In this document: in pieces, positions 50,758 to 61,480 of the stretch
How the letters are laid out: every line of letters starts with the position of its first letter
Numbering within the stretch: position 1 is the stretch's first letter
Assembly (NCBI RefSeq): GCF_006345805.1
Contig: NC_043005.1
Location: forward strand, 7,068,001-7,132,000
Source: Octopus sinensis
Taxonomy: Eukaryota
Direction of reading: 5' to 3'
Length of the DNA stretch: 64,000 nt
Translations under genes and position numbers: made by a program
The notes under the pieces: generated by a model
Database searches by the model: none
What the model saw: the letters and a program-made list of their open reading frames with translations, nothing else
Told to the model about the DNA's origin: nothing

Positions 50758-51174
50758 GGCGCAGGAGTGGCTGTGTGGTAAGTAGCTTGCTAACCAACCA
50801 CATAGTTCCGGGTTCAGTCCCACTGCGTGGCATCTTGGGCAAGTGTCTTCTGCTATAGCCCCGGGCCAACCAATGCCTTGTGAGTGGATTTGGTAGATGG
50901 AAACTGAAAGAAGCCTGTCGTATATATGTATATATATATATATATGTATGTGTGTGTTTGTGTGTCTGTGTTTGTCCCCCTAGCATTGCTTGACAACCGA
51001 TGCTGGTGTGTTTACGTCCCCGTCACTTAGCAGTTCGGCAAAAGAGACCGATAGAATAAGTACTGGGCTTACAAAGAATAAGTCCCGGGGTCGATTTGCT
51101 CGACTAAAGGCGGTGCTCCAGCATGGCCACAGTCAAAATTACTGAAACAAGTAAAAGAGTAAAGAGTAAAGAGT
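50758..51174 (+). mobile_element. SINE family A
   Basis: Full copy ending about 380 nt from the dve donor at 51552. Confidence 0.93.
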
Positions 51175-51552
51175 AAGATTATATTAGAGTAAGCATCATA
51201 AAAGAGAAAATTTTGATTGCAGAAAGAGCTATCAAAATGCAACATATTTTGCAATTATACATTTTGAACTACTTGATAATAAATTTATCGCTTCAAAATA
51301 TTGAGGTTTGAGTCAAGATATTTGATTTCATAAGATATATGAATCTCTTTCTCCAGTCTAAATAATCAGGAAGCAAAATGTTCTCCAATAATTTATATAG
51401 AATTTTTTAAATCATAAATATCTTTCTTACATTTTTCATAATTGCCAAAAGTTAAAGATCAACAGACATTTATCTTTTTTATCAACATTGCCAAATATAA
51501 AAATTAAATATCTAGCAATATTTTATACCACAGACATAAAAATTTACCCTAC

Positions 51553-51679
51553 CTGGAAAGACGAATTCGTAAAATAGCAACAGAAGTCAGATCTCCCAAT
51601 AAATGATCAATAGATGACTGTGACGTGTCTGTAATTGTTTCAAAGGAAATTGGTTTCCAGTTTTTCAACTGAATTACTC
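51553..51679 (-). CDS. dve: dve coding exon (C-half of ULD/COMPASS domain); not in the ORF track
   Basis: Acceptor ttttcttttttcag| and donor |gtaggg; 127 nt, phase 1 to phase 2. Reads (G)VIQLKNWKPISFETITDTSQSSIDHLLGDLTSVAILRIRLS(S), containing the ULD motif IQxKNWKP. Phases fit both neighbouring exons. Confidence 0.93.
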
Positions 51680-52637
51680 CTGAAAAAAGAAAAGCAAAAA
51701 AAAAAAAAGGAGTAAAATTTGAATGGCTGACAAAAATTTTAATAAAATATTATAAAAATATATATTCTTAATTTCTATGATATATGTCATCTTAATATAT
51801 AAAACACCAATTTATGTGTCCCTTTTATTGGTTTCCTTCTTTGTCCCATTATAGAATGTGGTAGGAGAAGGCACTGGTTTTGCTGGGAGAGATGGAAAAG
51901 AGAGAGAGAATGCATCAGAAGAGGTGTGGATTAGAGGGGTAATTAGGTGGGAGAGTGAGAGAGAGAGAGAGAGTGGTATAATACAAAAGCATGCAAAAGG
52001 GACAGGGAGGAACATCAGAAATTGAAGAAGAGATGGAAGCTAGTTTTGAATGAAAGTAAAAAGACTGAAATATATATCATCAGCATCATCATCATCATCA
52101 TTTAATGATTCTTTTCCATGTTGGCATGGTTTCTACAGTTTGAGGTCTTCCCTAATGCCAACCACTTCACAGGATAGTTAGATTACCAAGTACTTTCAAG
52201 ACAAGACCCCTCAACTGAGTTGGGTATAATACTGAAGGAGGTGAAAGTATGACAGAACAACAGGAATATGTGTCCTCTGAAGAGGTGGATAGACAGCTTC
52301 TCCAGCTGGAAAGGAAGTGATAGTGAAACCATGTCCTCAAAGTACAAGATGCATGAGAGAGCGAACAGGAAGAGAGGAACAGAAAGGCAGATGGATAAGC
52401 AAGAGCTCTAGATTGTGAAAAGAGTGTGAGAGATGACTACAGATAGGGACAGATAGACAAACAAATAGACAAGAAAACATTAAACAAATGAGTTAGTGAT
52501 GATAACAAAGAATGAAGGGAGAGAATGTGAGAGCAGGGAAGTGAAGAAATGACAGCAGATAAACTGAAAGTCAATTAAAAAGAATCCATATAATGATATC
52601 AAATTTTTAACATTTTTACTGCATAATCAAAATTTCA

Positions 52638-52858
52638 TTACCCTTAACTGTGGAAAGCAGTTTTATATTCCAGTGTATCTTTTGTTGAGGAATGTCATGT
52701 TTGGAACTTCTTCATTTTTTTTGGGGGGGGGGGTGAGATATGTTGAGTTTTGAGGCAACGTGAATGCAGAAAATACCAATTCTTCTATTTTTTTTTATAG
52801 GTATTTAACAACCATTACTGGAATAACTATGAAACTAATTTCATAGTTAAAGGGTTAA
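52638..52858. mobile_element. degenerate piggyBac-type MITE (about 214 bp)
   Basis: tta-cccttaactgtggaa ... ttcatagttaaaggg-ttaa. Confidence 0.55.
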
Positions 52859-53311
52859 GTAGCACACAAAAATATATGTGAAATTAAATATGCAGAGAAG
52901 CTACAAAACTGGCATTTCTTGGAAAGCTGACAAACATACTACTAAAATATAAACAAAAATGCTACCTTATTGTCAACTACATAATGACTAAACTTAATTG
53001 TATACAGTCATAATATATGACAAGAATACTTCATTAACTGCATTGCAGTACCTTCACATATTACTTCGTTACTATTTGTTTGAGAAAAGTCAAATTCAAA
53101 CCCTGCATGGTTAGCTGACATATTGGTTATAATTCTATTTACTCCAAAATTTCTATTCAATTTCAATAATGTTTTTTGTATTAATACAACCTGCAATATA
53201 TACCAGCATTTGATACCAATATTATTGAATAGTCTATTAGATATCTGAAAAATAGTCTCTGGAGTCTATTACCTGCTCTGAATGATACTAGTTCCAAGTA
53301 ATTATATCTAT

Positions 53312-53609
53312 GTACCAGTGCCGGTGGCACATAAAAAGCACCATCCGTTCGTGGCCATTGCCAGCCTCGCCTGGGCCCCGTGCCGGTGGCACATGAAAAT
53401 CACCATCCGATCGTGGCCGTTTGCCAGCCTCGTCTGGCACGTAAAAAACAACCACTACACTCATGGAGTGGTTGGCGTTAGGAAGGGCATCCAGCCGTAG
53501 AAACATTGCCAGATCAAACTGGGCATGGTGCAGCCTTCTGGCTTCCCGGACCCCAGTTGAACCGTTCAACCCATGCTAGCATGGAAAGCGGATGCTAAAC
53601 GATGATGAT
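53312..53609 (+). mobile_element. SINE family B (2-3 internal units)
   Basis: gtgccggtggcacataaaaagcaccatccg units plus the common 3' end and (GAT)n. Confidence 0.9.
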
Positions 53610-55199
53610 TTCATTAAACTCCATGGAGCTTTTATTTCCTCATCATCAATGAAGCCAATGAGCTTTCATAATATGCATTTTAAGTATCTAGTTATGCTTC
53701 CAGTTTATTATATGAATGCATTTAGACACTCCCATTTCAGGTGGAGTGCTGCAAGCTATTTTCAAACAACACATATATTTATTACATACTTTAAAGAAAG
53801 TTTATATATTTTAGGGCTTTATGAATTGTAAATTTACATTTAGAATCAATCAAATCACTAATTTGTATTTTTCCACATCAAAGAAAAACTTCAATACAAC
53901 AATATGTACCAATCTGTAGATAATTGTGCTTGCTATTATAACTAAGGAAATTGTAAATTTTAGCTTCTTAGAATACTGAAATTGTTTAATTTATCACAAA
54001 AAAAAAAAATTACTACAGCTAAAAATTATTTAACATCATTACAAAATCATAATTGTTCCACAACTGCTCACATATACTCCCTACATGAGGCTTCCATGAA
54101 ATATTATACAGGAAAAAATACAGCATTGTTAAAACTAAGATTGTATAAAAATCTAAACATAAAATCTAGTTTCATTGAAAACAGCCGTGCAATTAATTTT
54201 ATACTTATTACAAAAGAGAAAGCTCAATCAATTAAAATCCATTAAAAGCTAAGTTTAAAATGTTATTATTTTCTTATGACATTAGTATATTGACAATAAA
54301 GGAAAAACAATTAGCTGAGACCTGTTATTCATATTGACAAGAATTATATTTTCTTTTTATACTACTGGCATCAATTACAATAATGGAAAACCTGAAGACA
54401 ACAAAATTTATTTGCCAGAAATGCAGCATGACTCCCAAACTCCCTGTCTTTGACAATGCAACTACACTATATATTTTTTTTTAATGTTTTGTCTGGAAGA
54501 AAAAGCTGTGCCCAATGGCCTTCACAGACTTGTAGAGACTGGTGAGATGATTGTGATTGAAAATGTACTTTCTGAACAACTGCAACTCAATAACAGCGGA
54601 AGAAAAGAAAAAAGGGAGGGAGGGAATTCCAGAAGGCTGACATTTTAGGGAGAAATGTTTGGGAACATGGTTTGTGGAGAGCCTGAAGAAGAGAGACAGA
54701 TAAGTTAAGTAAGTGTTGGTAAGTCAATGCAGACTTGGCATGATATCTAGGTTACAAGTGGATGATGCTTGTATGCAGAACATCACAAAGGAGTGAAAGG
54801 AACCACCTGCACAGGAGTTGGCATTGTGGGAGATGATGGAAGTACATTATGGATATACAAGAGGAAAAATGTGTATATAACCAAATTTTGGAACCATAAA
54901 GAACTAACAGAGTGTGGGTTAGAGAGGGCTTCTGATTTAAGAGATGAGAAACAGATAGAGCCGCTGAGCATGCAGTTTAGCCAGGAGATTCATATGCCAG
55001 ACATATTCAAATGCTGTGATGATGTTAAGTGTAACAATGTTGTTTGCACTAAATTTCACAAGAATAAGAGCTGCTCATTGCTGAGTGACATTGGAGAGCA
55101 GGTTTTTGGTAGAGCTGGTGGTTTGTTTGCCTTCTTGGCATGACCAGAATTATCAGAAAAGTACAAGATAGTAGAAGAGAACAAACAGCAAGCTCATTA

Positions 55200-55575
55200 C
55201 ACATACAAGATTCCAAGAGTTCCAAAAAATCTGAGTTAAAATAATGAAAAACAAAAACAACAAAAAACAATTCAATCGCTTAAAATTTGAAATTGCAAGG
55301 ATTTGGAGAGTGAAAACAGTAAAGGTTGTGCCTGTAATAATTGGTGCATTGGGAATTAGAAGTAAAGATATAAACAAATGGTTGCAGGATATTGGAATAG
55401 AATGTCCTGTAGTGCTTCTACAGAAAATTTGCCTCTTAGGGACAGCAAAGATTATCAGGAGGGTCAGTCTTAAGCACACAAAAGACTAGTGGAAACTTGT
55501 GGATACCTAAGGTTACAGGTAGTAACCAGCTACCAACATAAATTCTACCAAGAATAAGAATGAACCTAAGTCAAA
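55200..55575 (+). mobile_element. RLE-type non-LTR retrotransposon 3' end (third family)
   Basis: RLKFEIARIWRVKTVKVVPVIIGALGIRSKDINKWLQDIGIECPVVLLQKICLLGTAKIIRRV, short 3' UTR, then (GAT)n(TAA)n at 55579-55637. The 5' boundary is uncertain. Confidence 0.82.
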
Positions 55576-55637
55576 TCAATGATAATAATGATGATGATGA
55601 TGATAATAATAATAATAATAATAATAATGAAAATAAT

Positions 55638-56910
55638 TATCAGATCATTAAGAATGAAATATCCAATTTTCTTATGCAGCAAGTTTGAGTCATTAACTCT
55701 AATGTTTTATCTTAACAATTCTTTGTTTTACAACATTGAAGAGTTACATCATTACTTTTCAAAATGCAATTCATGGTATCTGATTATATTGTGAGTTTTT
55801 TCTTGTAAATCAAGTTTTATGAACCCATGGATAAATCAAAAATTCATGTTGTTTATGAATATGAGTTCTGTTGTGGAACCAATGCATCCCAGACAGCTCA
55901 AAACATTAATGAGGTGTTTGGCGAAGATGTGGCGAATGAGCACACTGTATGGCAATGGTTTGAAAAGTTCCGGTTGAAAATCAGCCCTGTGGTAGACCTG
56001 AGACCAAGGTGGATAATGATGAGCTGTAGTAGAAGTGATTACATCTCAAACTACGCGTGAGTTAGCAGCAAGGTTTGATGTTTTGATTCCAAATTTATTG
56101 GACCATCTGAAACAAATTGGCAAGCTAAAGAAGCTGGGCAAGTGGGTACCACACAAAGTGAATGAGCACCAAATGACATCTCATCTTGAAACTTGCTGTT
56201 CTTTGCTGTTATGACACACAAGTGAATCATTTTTGCATCGTACTGTTGCATGTGATGAAAAATGGATTCTTTTTAACAATAGCAAGCATTCTGCACAGTG
56301 GTTGGATAGAAACAAAGTGCCAAAACACAATCCCACAATCCAAAAAGGAATATTCACTGAAAATAGCTAATGGTGTCTGTTTAGTGGTCCAGGACTGATG
56401 TCATCCACTACAGCTTCATGAGACCTGGTAAGTCAGTTACAGTGGATGTTATACATCAACCAATTGGATGAAATGATGAATGAACTTGCAATTAAACAAC
56501 CAAGATTGGTCAGTAGAGACAGGCCAGTTCTCTTGCAAGACAATGCTTGACCACATATTGCACAAAGAACACTACTCAAGTTGCAAGAACTGAACTTGAA
56601 GTATTCTGTCATCCACCATATGCACCAGACCTTGCACCAACTGACTATCATGTTTTCCAGGCATTAGACAACTTTTTGCAAGGTAAAAAACTTCAAATCT
56701 GAAGAAGATGCAAAAACAGCCTTTCATGATTTCATCACCTCTTGCTCTCCAGAATCCTTCGCTGCCGGCATAAATAAGCTAGCGGTAAAATGGCAAAATT
56801 GTGTTGATAATTTAGGTGCATACTTTGATTAACTGCATTGCTTTTTATTGAGATAAAGTAAAATAAACTTTCGGCTCAAAATCAGACGTTTCATTCATAA
56901 TGACCTGATA
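55638..56910 (+). mobile_element. full-length decayed mariner, 1273 bp, TA-flanked TIRs
   Basis: Left TAtcagatcattaagaatgaaatatccaattt versus reverse complement of right TAtcaggtcattatgaatgaaacgtctgattt (26/32). ORF remnants MDKSKIH...WFEKFR, WVPHK, CDEKW, QDNA*PH and HPPYAPDLAPTDYHVF. Confidence 0.93.
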
Positions 56911-57895
56911 ATGATAACAATAATGTTTTCAAATTTTGGCACAAAGTCAGCAATTTCAGGGAAAGAAGTAAGCTGATTGCATTGAGCCCAGGACTCAAAT
57001 AGTACTTATTTTATTGACCCATAAATAATGTTAATGATCTCTAAAATAAGTACAAGGTCACTATTTGTGAGGAGAGATATTAAATCAGTAATTGATTCAT
57101 ATTTGTTGACCCCAGAAGGATAGAAGTCAAAGACTACTTTGTAGGACTTGAACTCAGAATAGAGATGTTATTAGATACTGAAAGTTATTTCTAAGTTAAC
57201 CCTCTTGATTTCAGAATATAGTGGGATGGGAACAGTGAAATGCATAGCTTTCTTAAGAACTGTAAAACTTTCTAGAACTTGACCACCTATGCTTGAGTGT
57301 ATATATTGTAACAATATACTGATACAAATATATGAATATAAAATGACAAAAATGCTCGATATTGAAAAAATGTTTATACATTATAAGAAAAAGAGAAAGA
57401 TGAGATATTTAAACTTTTTTAAATACATTTAGCAAAATATGAAATATTTATATTTCAGAAAAAAAAAAAAAAATTCAAAATACAGTTTTATGTTTTAAAT
57501 GTAAACAAATAGGAAGAAACAAGAAGCAAGTGCCAAATTTCACTTCATGTTTGTTCATCTTAGTATTATTTAGATATGTTTACCTTTGTATTTGACCAAT
57601 GCTAATATTAAGGCATATAAATGAATTATTAAAAAACAGAACTATTATAAAATTAGCTTAGCAGTAAAATAATCAAGTACTAATTAAATATAATTATATG
57701 AAGCAATATATGTAACATAAATATCAAATATGATGATTATATGAAATAGTGTATATTAGATATCAAATATGATAATTATATGAAATAAATTAAATATAAT
57801 AATTAGCTTATCAGATTATAATTTGTACAACAGTGGGAAGCAGTGGCAAGGAGGATATTTGTAAGAAAATCAAAATTCTACATAAGTAAAATTAC

Positions 57896-58093
57896 CTTTT
57901 GCACCAACAGACTCAGCAGTAGTGTATCCGAGTTTTATCAGAGCAGCTTGCACCAATTCACTCATTGGAGTACTGCCTGGAAGAATGGCATAACTATCCA
58001 TTTCAACAGTAGTATGACTGTTACAACTGTCAAAACCTGAATTACCACCAGATATCTGTTCAACGATACAATGGATTGGTAATGGCTTGTCAC
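57896..58093 (-). CDS. dve: dve/SATB-family gene, most 5' coding exon found in the window (N-half of ULD/COMPASS domain)
   Basis: Acceptor gttgcag| at 58094-95 and donor |gtaatt at 57895-94; 198 nt, phase 1 to phase 1. Translation (G)DKPLPIHCIVEQISGG...VEMDSYAILPGSTPMSELVQAALIKLGYTTAESVGAK(G) resembles the Dve/SATB ULD motif LPxHCxVE...DxYxI...LVxxALxxLGY...AKG. Confidence 0.93.
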
Positions 58094-58489
58094 CTGCAAC
58101 ACAATTAACCAGAAACATATTAGACAATTAAAAATTAAAACTTTGAAATGCTATCATCTGAGAATCAGTAGGGCATAAAAAAGAAAAGAAAAAAGACCTG
58201 CAATACATTGAACTGTAATCAGTATGTTTTCTTTTAATCCTCAGGAAATGAGGCAATTAGCTCTGAAAAACAACATGGTATTAGTTAAATATTATAGTTA
58301 GGATTTTCACACGGAAAACAAAGAATTCTTCAATGTATGTGATGTTTTCTCAAAAATATATTAATACTCACATAAAAGAAACTTAAAATACTGTAAAACA
58401 TCATAATTATGTACTTAATGTTTATTCCTCAATAATTCCAAGATATACAGAGCAGGCTAAAGGAAATCTTCAAAGGAATATACAATACT

Positions 58490-58790
58490 CTCTGATCATT
58501 AGTTCAGGACATAGATTAATATGTATGAGTCAAATTTTGCAACACCACTACATCACATGAAAAATGACATCGCTTAAATGGCAGGCATTTTTCACTTCGC
58601 ATGCCCATGCTCTTTTCAAAACTTGCACCCTCAAGAACTTCAGACCCCACTTTTCTGATTTCTCTATTGACATTCTCCTTCAGTTGCACTAGGGTCTCCG
58701 GTATCAGGCATCCCCACAAGAAAAAAATCTGGCCTAGTCAAGTCTGGGAAGTGGACCTTGCACATGGTTCCAGCAAGATGGAGCAACTGA
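58490..58790 (-). mobile_element. Tc1/mariner-superfamily (DD37D-like) transposase 3' fragment
   Basis: Minus strand ...ARS...FFLWGCLIPETLVQLKENVNREIRKV...KCL...RCHF resembles the WPxRSPDLxxxDFFLWGYLK...LxQLKxNI C-terminus. Confidence 0.7.
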
Positions 58791-58848
58791 CCCAAATTTG
58801 CTAAAACTTGTCCCTCTCACTTTTTCTTTCCCTTGTTTTTGCTCATTA

Positions 58849-58882
<34 letters not shown>

Positions 58883-59499
58883 ACAAGCACACATATATAA
58901 TTAATAAAGTATGTCGTTTTAGGACAAAATGTAATAGCTATCACCAGTTAAGTGCTCAAATTAAAATGTTGCCCAAAGATCTTGGAAGAGATGTTTAAGG
59001 ACATAAAGTAAACCAAAAGAGCAGTTATATATTAGAATATAAGAGAGAATGGGATAAGTATATTTGGAATAGTCACAACAAGAAGTATATTAACATAGAG
59101 AATTGTATTACCATGTAAATGATGAGAATAGAATTGTACAATAGAGAATCAGAAGATGTATAAAAATTCTTACGATTGTTTCATGATTATGGAACTTATC
59201 TGAATGAAATCGAAATGATAATCATATTGAAATTGCATAACCATTCTTCAGGGATATAAAAGGAAGAAAACCATTCTTAAAAGTTTATCCATGTTTATAA
59301 GAATTAGTTAATCCATAGTGATATAGAGAGGATCTCATAGGAATTCTGTATAAATTTCCATATAGTAATCCGACAAGTTTTTGAGAGATTTTCATATTAG
59401 TAATCCAGTATAATTTTTTCATAGTAATTGTAAATGTTAACAGTAGAAGTACAAATTATCTCCAAAGCTATGCACCCTGATGAGTAACATTACTCCAGA

Positions 59500-60060
59500 G
59501 ACTCTTCAGAAGAACCTCATTTCAGCTACTTGTACTGTGATTACATTCTGGTAGTCATTACCCAATGTTCATGGCCACATGAGGATAGGCATGAAAACTG
59601 AATTGAAGAATGGAAAAGAATGAAAAGAAAAATGCACTACTGTACCAGCACCTGCATTTCTAGCATCCAGCTCAACTTCTTGCTTCCTATTATGTAAGGA
59701 TACTGCCTCAAAATACTTAAATTTCTCCACTTGTCTCAGTGATTTTCCACTAACATGCAGAGTGCACTGAGTAGACTTCCTCAAGCGGACCAAAGTCTCA
59801 ATCTTTGCAACACTAATTTTCATCCTTGCTTTGCAATGCTTGGCAGGGAACCCAATCAGTACATGCTGCAGATCATCTTCTGATTGAGCCAAGTAGACCC
59901 ATGTTGTCTGCAAATATCAGCCAACCAATTGTGATACCACTTTCACAAAGATTATACATGTCAATCCACTTCATAAAAGTTATGAAAAGAAGAGGTTGCA
60001 ATATGCACCCCTGCTGAAGTCCAACACCCACATTGAAGGGTTGTGACTTAATACTATTTT
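59500..60060 (-). mobile_element. RTE-clade LINE RT fragment
   Basis: PFNVGVGLQQGCILQPLLF, LAQSEDDLQH, MKISVAKIETLV, LRQVEKFKYF and VFMPIL. Confidence 0.85.
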
Positions 60061-61199
60061 CCTGAACATATGTATTTCATAAAATATCATTAGAGTGGAA
60101 AAGTGAGTATAAAGTCATGATTATAGACAGTGACCTCATGGAGCATTTGACACATGGCATTTATAACAATGTAATTACATACGGAACAGTACATACACAG
60201 GTATACACATACATTATGCACATAGATGAAACACTGACAGCTTTTGAATATAAACATTGATAGCAACAATTGCTTTGGCTATTTAAATTGTACAAAACCT
60301 TAAGTCAAACGGAAAGCAAAAATATTACTGTCCTCTTGAAGCTGTAAGAGAAATTACTTTTTAAATACAAAAGAAAATTTGAAGTAACTCTATAACATGA
60401 CATTTGTTTGAAATATGTATGCAGTGCTGGACATATCAATTTTTATGGGTTTATACATGTGCATATGTTGGTATATTTACACTCATATATACATTTTTTT
60501 TCTTTTTTGCTATGCTTATGGATATTCACAGTACTGAAAAGATATAGGTGATAATCCTTCTTTTAGATAATAACATTTTCAAATGGACTCTAACACTTCT
60601 CATCCAAAATTAAACAAAGAATCCTGGATAGTCACATAAAGTTTAAATAATAAAAAAATCTTTGAATAAAACAGTCAAGATTAAGCTAAGTAAATCTGAA
60701 CTCCAAAAGTGGAGCTGCTAACTAATTCACTGAATGTTAGTATAACTAACATCCTTAGATTAAGAAGATTAAGATATTTTTTGTTGTTGTAGACAAGTTT
60801 TACAGTTTATTTTATATTCTATATATCAAATAATTTGCTTTACGTTAACAAAAAAAAAATATATATAAGTATTGAATTTAAAATTTTTTCCAAATTTTAC
60901 ATGTCAAATCTATTCAGAAATACAAATATAAATGGCCATACTGTACTATTCAAATATATAGCTTTGATTAGTTACTGATAGTCATATCTATTTGTGCTGT
61001 AGAGTTTCAAATGATAATCTAAATACAGTTTGATTTATGGTAAACACGACCTTAATTTCTGATATTTTCCAATATTTTCCTCTTAATTCTTTGCAAGACA
61101 ATTTATAAACCAGTGTTTTATAATCTAGTTGATGTCATATAAGGTTTGTTAGCTGAGTAAAGTAACATAATGATTGAGATAGAGATTATGATTTGATAG

Positions 61200-61480
61200 T
61201 TTAATGATGAAGGCTGCATAGAAATGGAAGATATTTTAGGGAACAACAAATAAATCTGCCAGAAAGACACTAAACACTAACGGAAAGTGTGAGGAATAGG
61301 TCAGATATGGTGTAATGGATATTCAATGTGAACTTATAGAAATTTGAGAAAGAAGTTAAGCATCAAAAGTATTGCTGATATATGCAGGAAAAACACTTAT
61401 TTGGTACAGACATATAATGTCTATATCATGGTGAATGGATGTGGTTCAGTGAAAAAGTGATGTGATTTGATGGAAAAATT
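61200..61480 (+). mobile_element. possible very old RTE LINE 3' fragment
   Basis: KKLSIKSIADICRK / LIWYRHIM resembles the RTE C-terminal LGIxxI...RLRWYGHV. Weak. Confidence 0.4.

Noticed and set aside
31863-50986. Recurrent ORFs such as MLGGQTQTHK...RPGAIAEDTCPRCHAVGLNP and ...LQHGRSQMTETSKRV
   Set aside because: They are frames through family-A SINE copies; the recurrence reflects the repeat, not a gene family.
54769-55143. 124-aa ORF upstream of the RLE 3' end
   Set aside because: No convincing motif. It may be decayed retroelement sequence, but I cannot assign it.
59478-59500. CTGATGA-GTAA-ca-TTAC hammerhead-like start
   Set aside because: No GAAA core or helix III follows (tccagagac); too many repairs are needed.
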